This document shows positions 58,071 to 64,000 of a stretch of DNA of 64,000 bases, in pieces. Numbering within the stretch: the first letter of the stretch is position 1; the number at the start of each line of letters is the position of its first letter. The DNA comes from Promethearchaeota archaeon (GTDB lineage: Archaea > Asgardarchaeota > Lokiarchaeia > Sigyniarchaeales > SOKP01). Location: NCBI GenBank assembly GCA_048938855.1, contig JBHLLT010000011.1, forward strand, positions 32,001 through 96,000, given 5' to 3'. Position numbers and translations under genes: made by a program. Under the pieces are notes generated by a model, which saw nothing but the letters and a program-made list of their open reading frames with translations, did not search any database and was not told the DNA's origin.

Positions 58071-58456
58071 AAATATTTTACAAAGAAGATGGAGGAGTAA
58101 TTCAATTAATTGAGATAGAAAAAATTCAAGAATGGCCAATTGAAATGCCATTTGTTTTTGTTGAATATATTAAAAGTAATAAATTGAGAACTTATAGAGA
58201 TGTACAAGTGGAAGCTGAAATTTCCGCATATCTTAATGAAATTTTAAATAAAATAGCAATTCCAAAAGTTCAGCAAATTTTTGAGGGATCTGACAAGGAT
58301 GAAATTCTTACTACCCTTTCTATTTTTGAAGAACTTTCAGAAAATAATTCAAGGGCAGTTATACCTATCCAAAATTTATTGGAAAAATTGACAAGCAAGA
58401 GTGATAAGAGAATAATATCGCAATCTCGAAAGGTTCTTGCTAACATAAAAGAATAA
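58067..58456 (+). CDS. hypothetical protein (C-terminal HEAT-like helices)
   Basis: ATG 58067 overlaps the top6A TGA. Confidence 0.6.
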   Translation: MKIFYKEDGGVIQLIEIEKIQEWPIEMPFVFVEYIKSNKLRTYRDVQVEAEISAYLNEILNKIAIPKVQQIFEGSDKDEILTTLSIFEELSENNSRAVIPIQNLLEKLTSKSDKRIISQSRKVLANIKE

Positions 58457-58532
58457 TTCCAAAAATTAGTAATAAATAAAAATTAAAGGAATTGAGAACT
58501 ATTCTTTTTTAAAAGTTAATACTTTACGAAAT

Positions 58533-59210
58533 TTGATATTAATGAAGTGGAAACAAGAAAGTTTTAATGAATTTATAAAAATTCAAAATGTAATAGGTAT
58601 TTTTGATAAACCAATAAAACTTGCTTCTGGTAGGTTATCTTATTGGTATGTCAATTGGAGGAAAATAACTTCAGATGCCTATTTACTTGATGTATTGACA
58701 GATTATATAATATCCTTTATTAGCTGTTTAGGTCTAAATCCAAAATGTTTTTATGGTGTTCCGGAGGGGGGAACAAAACTTGGTATTATTACCCAGTATA
58801 AATGGGCAAAAATGCAAAAAAATTTTAATCCTGGTAATTATCCAATCTCAATGGGTAGAGGTAAACAAAAAGAACATGGAGATCCTAGAGATAGATTATT
58901 TATAGGTTTGCCTGAAGGAGAAGTTGTTATTCTTGAGGATGTTGTGACTACTGGAGATTCTTTAATCAAGACGATACAAAAATTAGATGAACTAAATATA
59001 AATATCATTAGCGTTATTATATTAACCAGTAGAAATGAGTTGAGAGATGATGGAACTAATATTAAGGATATAATTTTACAATATGATATCCCTTTTTATG
59101 CAATGAGTAATGCCATTGAATTATTACCACATTTGGAAATGAAAAGTGAAATTAAAAATAATATAATAGAATATTTTAAGAAATATGGTACACAGGAAAT
59201 TAATTTTTAA
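58533..59210 (+). CDS. pyrE: orotate phosphoribosyltransferase
   Basis: KLASGRLS..Y, KEHG and PRPP loop VILEDVVTTGDS. Confidence 0.85.
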   Translation: MILMKWKQESFNEFIKIQNVIGIFDKPIKLASGRLSYWYVNWRKITSDAYLLDVLTDYIISFISCLGLNPKCFYGVPEGGTKLGIITQYKWAKMQKNFNPGNYPISMGRGKQKEHGDPRDRLFIGLPEGEVVILEDVVTTGDSLIKTIQKLDELNINIISVIILTSRNELRDDGTNIKDIILQYDIPFYAMSNAIELLPHLEMKSEIKNNIIEYFKKYGTQEINF

Positions 59211-59246
59211 AATTTTAATTTAATAATCTTACTATAAAGATTAAGA

Positions 59247-59810
59247 TTAAAAGAATCCTCGCCATAACTTTATCATTCTGTATAGATTTTGATAAAGAAT
59301 TTTTTCAGCATTCGTTAATCTCTGTTCATCATCTAATGATAATTCTGCCATAGAAAGTTTTAATAGTTTCAATAACCGACTATCAATAATATTTGAAGAA
59401 TATGAAATATATCTATCTAAATCTACTTTTGGTTTAATATTTTTATCAATTTCATTTACCATGAATCTTTTAAATTCTTTTATTTTATTTAAGAAAAATT
59501 TATTATTTCTTTTTTTGAGCTTTGAGTCATCTCTTTCTTCTATAGCAAATCTTTGGACATCAATACTATCACATTTATCTGAAATCGCCACTTGCAGAAT
59601 ACCCTTTTCAATGAAGGGAACAGCTGAAAAAAGCTTTAGCTTATACCTTTTACCTTTTTCAAATGGGCCAAAAGGCTCTCCTAATAGAGAAAAACCTTCA
59701 AAATCCTTTATACATTCTGTAACAATCATTTCGTGCAAAAAAATAAAGTTTAACCGAATTAAGGAATTAGAAAAGCTTTCATTAACAACTTCCAATAAAA
59801 AATTCACCAT
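59247..59810 (-). CDS. GINS complex subunit, Gins23 (B-A domain order) type
   Basis: N-terminal FGPFEKG...L..A..FIEKG B-domain; C-terminal RL.KL, LT..E..LY and W A-domain. Confidence 0.75.
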   Translation of the reverse strand: MVNFLLEVVNESFSNSLIRLNFIFLHEMIVTECIKDFEGFSLLGEPFGPFEKGKRYKLKLFSAVPFIEKGILQVAISDKCDSIDVQRFAIEERDDSKLKKRNNKFFLNKIKEFKRFMVNEIDKNIKPKVDLDRYISYSSNIIDSRLLKLLKLSMAELSLDDEQRLTNAEKILYQNLYRMIKLWRGFF

Positions 59811-59901
59811 ATTTAATAAATAAATAAGCCTTTATATAATATACAAATGCAATATAAGAGAAATAAACATACTATTATTTTATTAATAATATAAAAACAG
59901 T

Positions 59902-62900
59902 GTGAAGATATTGGTAATAGAGATAATACTCCTTATTGTTTTTCTAATCTTCTTTTCAATTGGATTCTATATCATATATAAACAAGTTGCATTAGTTAAA
60001 AAGGGAGAATTCAATAATAAAGACCGAATTCAATGTATTATATACGGTCTTATCTTTGGGTTATCAACAATGGTAGTATTTGCAGTTGCAGTAATATATG
60101 CATTAAATTTGGGGAATTTACCAACATTAGAAGTCAATCCTTTAGCACTTCTAATACCTTTTACTATTAGTTTAGCATATATTTCATTTTATCCTCTAAT
60201 TGATTTCGTTTTTATCGCACTAAGCAAAGAAACAGATGAGGGTCTTACACCTTTTCATAAAATTATTAATGCGAAAATTATCAATATTTCGAGCAAAAAG
60301 GTTATAAAGTTAATTATAGCAATCATTTTTTACATAACTTTGTTTATTTTACCTCCTATCATCTTAGCTTTCCTAGGTATACCCTTTATTATAAGTTTAA
60401 TATCTTGGATGCTAGGATACCCACTAATGATCTTAACTTTTTATGGATCTAAAGGATATATTGCCGGTATATCAAATGCATATTATCATATTCCCGATAT
60501 TAAGAGATCTATATTCTTAAATTTTGAAGACAGTAAAAGAGGTATGAAGCAATTTACATCGAATCCTATACATTATATTATTTTAGGAGTAATGATTTTT
60601 GTATTCGTTTGGGCATGGATATCATTAATTCAGACTGTAGCCTTCTTTTTCACCCAAAAATTAGCCATATCAACTATGTCCTCTGTTTTTGTTTTTGTAA
60701 CTCTTCTTTTTGGAATATTAGGATATTTCACAAGATTTTGGGGGAGAAAAATAAAATATCGAGGAATTGATATTTACTTTGCAGCTTTTTTAATAGCTTC
60801 AGTAGGAATTAATGTACTAGTTAATTTCTTTATTGTTAATCCTTCTATCTTAGAGGATGTTTTTAATGCATGGGTTTTTACTAGCGAAATTAACCCCCCA
60901 AATCATATATTATTAGCTTGGGCTGCTGTGATTGAAGAGATAGTTCTAATTACTTTTATTTCATACTTTTTTTTGGCAAAGAATAACGACTTTGTGTTAA
61001 ATATTAAATTTTCCAAGATTACACAATGTGGACAAACTTTTGATCCTATTCCTTTATTTACTTTTATAAAGCATTCTAATCCTAAAATAAGAAAACATGC
61101 ATTAGAAACTATAAATTTAATGTTTGAACGCATTCCATTAAAAAATAATGCAATTCTTAATGATTGGAGGTTTAAAAACTCCATATTAGATGGAATATGT
61201 GATTATGATAAATATTCAAGAAAAATATGTAGTCAACTTTTAATTCAATTAGAAAATGATGTTCCAGAAATTACCCTACCTTGGGTAATAGAAGCATTAG
61301 AATCTCCAAATTATGATAAATGCATCTCTATTGCAAGAACTCTTCTTAAAGCAAACTTTACTTTTATAGAAAGAATCCCCCAAGAATTAATTCTTAATCT
61401 AATAGAAGATTCTGAATGGAGATTAAGATTAATTGGGTTAAAAGTGCTAAGTAGGAAAAAGAACGAGATAAATGAAGGAATTTTTAAATTAATAGCAGAA
61501 AAATTAATAAGTGACCCAAATAATGAGATTGTGGTTGAAACTCTTAATCTTATGGCTGATATATCTTATAATCTTCCTATTGAAATAATTATTGATAAAA
61601 TTTTTCATAATAATGATAAAATTAGTGCTGCTGCAATAAAAAATATAAGAAATCTCAACATTAAACAAATTAATCGTAAGCTATTATCTAAGTTTATCCC
61701 TCTAATTAAAAATCCATCAAGTTCTGTAAGAGCCTCGATTTTTGAGTTACTTGCTAAAGTTGGGAATTTTAAAAAAAATGATGTTCCCCTTTTACCATTT
61801 TTAGAAGGTTTAAATGACTCAAATGAAAATGTAAGAAAAGCTGCTTTAAACGCTTTAGAAAAATATTATGAAGAACAGCCCGGTTTGCTAGATATTGATA
61901 ATATAATTAGTAGTATCGATCCGAATAACTTTGAAATTTTAAACAATGTTGTTAAGCTCCTTGGAAGACTATGGAAATATGATCCAGAGAAGATTCTAAC
62001 TACGTTACTAATATTTATAAAATTTGAAGACGATAGATTAAGAGAAGATATTTCAGACATTTTAACCGAGAATTATAGAAAAAATCCTGATTTAATACTT
62101 CAAAATGTAATCAGAGTACCGGATGTTACCACTTATATCACTAAAGGAATTATATCAGAAACACTAATAAAGATTGGAAAAACAGATCAGAAAACCGTTA
62201 TTCCTCTTTTATTGAACTATACTATATCTGAAGATGATGAGGTAAGACTAAATGCTCTTGAAGCTATTGATGGCTTGATGGAAGAATTCATCGATAACTT
62301 AGATGTAAAACCAATTATGTTAGTATTACAAAAAGATAGAAATATTCAAGCAAAAAGGAAAGCTTCTGCTATAATTTCAAAAATAGCTCAAAAAGATCCA
62401 TTTTTAATAAAACCATTTATTTCAGAATTCTTTTCTACGATCGGAGGCCAAGACTCAAAAGTGAAGGTCGTCCTTACAAAAACTCTTCTCGAAATAGCAA
62501 AAAACTCACCAGATATTATTCCAATCGACAACATTTTAAGTTTACTTAGGGATAATGATTCGACTATTCGTGAAATGTGCGTAAAAATTTTAGGATTTGT
62601 TGGACATAAATTTACGACTTCTGCAGTCAATGCATTGATAAATATTGCTTTAAAGGATGACGATTGGATTGTAAGAGAAGCAAGCGTATCAAGTTTAGGT
62701 AAAATAATTGGTCATGTTGATGACAAAGAAAAAATCATTGAAAAGCTTATTTCTTTACTAGAAGATAAGCAAAATTGGGTTCGTTGGTCAGTCTTAAATA
62801 TATTATCTGATATTGATGAGATTAATGCTTCTCATATTCCATTTACTAAATTATTAGTTAATTTAAAAAGTACTGATTCTAAAATTAGAGAAGCATCCGC

Positions 62901-63243
62901 GAGATTAAGTAGAATTTACAGCGATGAAATTGAAGAGTATTTTGATGAATTACTAAACAGATTAGGGGATGATTCAGAAGATGTTAGATCCAGTATGATT
63001 AATAGCATTGTTGAGATTATTAAAAAAATTGGGCTTAATAGAATTTTAACCAAATTGTTAGAAAATTTAAGTGGAAAAGGATCTATGGCGACTCAACGAT
63101 CAATTGCATTAATATTAGGCCGAACAGCAAAATATGAGGATGAAAAAATAAAGAAAAGAGTAATTTCCCTTTTAAAAATACGTTGTGAAATGAGTCAAGA
63201 TCCAATCATTTGTTCTATATTGCAAGAATTAAAAGAAGAGTAG
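59902..63243 (+). CDS. multi-pass membrane protein fused to a long HEAT-repeat solenoid
   Basis: About 8 TM helices in the first ~360 aa, then repeated L.D....VR..A...L units to the C-terminus. Confidence 0.8.
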   Translation: MKILVIEIILLIVFLIFFSIGFYIIYKQVALVKKGEFNNKDRIQCIIYGLIFGLSTMVVFAVAVIYALNLGNLPTLEVNPLALLIPFTISLAYISFYPLIDFVFIALSKETDEGLTPFHKIINAKIINISSKKVIKLIIAIIFYITLFILPPIILAFLGIPFIISLISWMLGYPLMILTFYGSKGYIAGISNAYYHIPDIKRSIFLNFEDSKRGMKQFTSNPIHYIILGVMIFVFVWAWISLIQTVAFFFTQKLAISTMSSVFVFVTLLFGILGYFTRFWGRKIKYRGIDIYFAAFLIASVGINVLVNFFIVNPSILEDVFNAWVFTSEINPPNHILLAWAAVIEEIVLITFISYFFLAKNNDFVLNIKFSKITQCGQTFDPIPLFTFIKHSNPKIRKHALETINLMFERIPLKNNAILNDWRFKNSILDGICDYDKYSRKICSQLLIQLENDVPEITLPWVIEALESPNYDKCISIARTLLKANFTFIERIPQELILNLIEDSEWRLRLIGLKVLSRKKNEINEGIFKLIAEKLISDPNNEIVVETLNLMADISYNLPIEIIIDKIFHNNDKISAAAIKNIRNLNIKQINRKLLSKFIPLIKNPSSSVRASIFELLAKVGNFKKNDVPLLPFLEGLNDSNENVRKAALNALEKYYEEQPGLLDIDNIISSIDPNNFEILNNVVKLLGRLWKYDPEKILTTLLIFIKFEDDRLREDISDILTENYRKNPDLILQNVIRVPDVTTYITKGIISETLIKIGKTDQKTVIPLLLNYTISEDDEVRLNALEAIDGLMEEFIDNLDVKPIMLVLQKDRNIQAKRKASAIISKIAQKDPFLIKPFISEFFSTIGGQDSKVKVVLTKTLLEIAKNSPDIIPIDNILSLLRDNDSTIREMCVKILGFVGHKFTTSAVNALINIALKDDDWIVREASVSSLGKIIGHVDDKEKIIEKLISLLEDKQNWVRWSVLNILSDIDEINASHIPFTKLLVNLKSTDSKIREASARLSRIYSDEIEEYFDELLNRLGDDSEDVRSSMINSIVEIIKKIGLNRILTKLLENLSGKGSMATQRSIALILGRTAKYEDEKIKKRVISLLKIRCEMSQDPIICSILQELKEE

Positions 63244-63406
63244 AATAAAACCTTTTTATTTTTTAGAGATTCAATAAATCTCACAACAGTCTCGATTTTT
63301 TTATAGATACTTATTTACTCTTTAATAAATACGACATTAATATTGGGGATTAAAAAATTCCCAAAAATAATTTTGAATATTAAAATAAAATTTTAATGTT
63401 TTTATC

Positions 63407-64000
63407 ATGACAACCCCATTATCAACACCTAGTCAACCGATTAATAAAGTACAACGTTTTGAGGATTTTTATCGGTTATTTCAAGAAAGTCCTGGTGAAT
63501 ATAAATATCAAGATCAAATAAATGAGATCTACGCTAAAGGAGGAGATACATTAATAATACTTTTTGAAGATTTATTAGCGAGTGATCCTGATATTGCAGA
63601 AATGCTTAGAAAAGATCCTGAGGCAATACTCGAAGATGCTGTTGAAGCATTTAAAAATTTATTGAAATTTCAGGGTGCAAAATTAACTCATAAGAATAAT
63701 TTTGTAAGAATTACAACAAAGGATAAAAATAGCCCCTTATTTCTTCCCTTACGGGGTCTAAGAGCTAAAAATATAAGTTCTCTCGTTTGGTCTAATGGTA
63801 TCCTAGTTAGATGTTCTACAATAAGACCAAAAATTATAAAAGCCTCATTTGAGTGTAATTTATGCGGAGCTCAATTTGAAGTCATTCAGTTAACCTCAAG
63901 AATAAGATGGCCAAAATTTTGTACAAACAAAAGGTGTAAAGCAAAAGCACAAACAGATTTTCGATTAATATCCAAAAATTCAGAATTTATAGATTGGCAA
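63407..64000 (+). CDS. mcm: replicative helicase MCM (N-terminal part, truncated by window edge)
   Basis: Not in the ORF track; reads MTTPLS...LRGLRAKNISSLVWSNGILVRCSTIRP..FECNLCG...PKFC.NKRC...SEFIDWQ. Confidence 0.92.
   Translation, partial: MTTPLSTPSQPINKVQRFEDFYRLFQESPGEYKYQDQINEIYAKGGDTLIILFEDLLASDPDIAEMLRKDPEAILEDAVEAFKNLLKFQGAKLTHKNNFVRITTKDKNSPLFLPLRGLRAKNISSLVWSNGILVRCSTIRPKIIKASFECNLCGAQFEVIQLTSRIRWPKFCTNKRCKAKAQTDFRLISKNSEFIDWQ

Noticed and set aside
6687-62630. Numerous 60-130-aa ORFs antisense to or overlapping long genes (e.g. 6687, 12092, 34758, 38731, 52239, 56155, 59461)
   Set aside because: They are shadow ORFs of well-supported genes, with S/F/L/I-rich composition and no motifs.
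1-64000. Mobile elements, CRISPR arrays, rRNA or selenoprotein readthrough
   Set aside because: I saw no transposase or integrase motifs, regular repeats, rRNA-like GC-rich blocks or conserved genes split at TGA.

Overview
This is a low-GC, gene-dense archaeal chromosome segment. The gene content (Rag/Arf-like GTPase, roadblock, longin/uDENN-like and EMC6-like proteins alongside Topo VI, GINS, MCM, Smc-ScpAB, rpl15e and RNase P subunits) points to an Asgard archaeon, most likely Lokiarchaeia; this is an inference. Most genes are housekeeping, and I saw no CRISPR array, IS element or prophage. The strongest signals lie outside the ORF track. (1) A 15-aa Trp-rich leader peptide (MSILRNIAWQWLYWH, 11873-11920) sits inside a long hairpin followed by a T-tract upstream of trpB2, a candidate ribosome-dependent Trp attenuator in an archaeon. 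(2) Two duplicated micro-gene cassettes (MPGWEGMP and MPGYEVQPIL), each with its own TATA box and a shared 20-bp 3' motif, lie between an MFS transporter and a 1202-aa multi-Lrp-like protein. (3) A box C/D RNA has a guide that predicts 23S rRNA Gm2251. (4) Several conserved genes appear to need AUU/AUA start codons, which reveals an HeH/SAP-like domain on ScpA. (5) The SMC lacks a canonical hinge and has 90-aa arm periodicity. (6) tRNA-Ala(CGC) carries a non-canonical intron. All family assignments are from motif recognition by eye; no searches were run.
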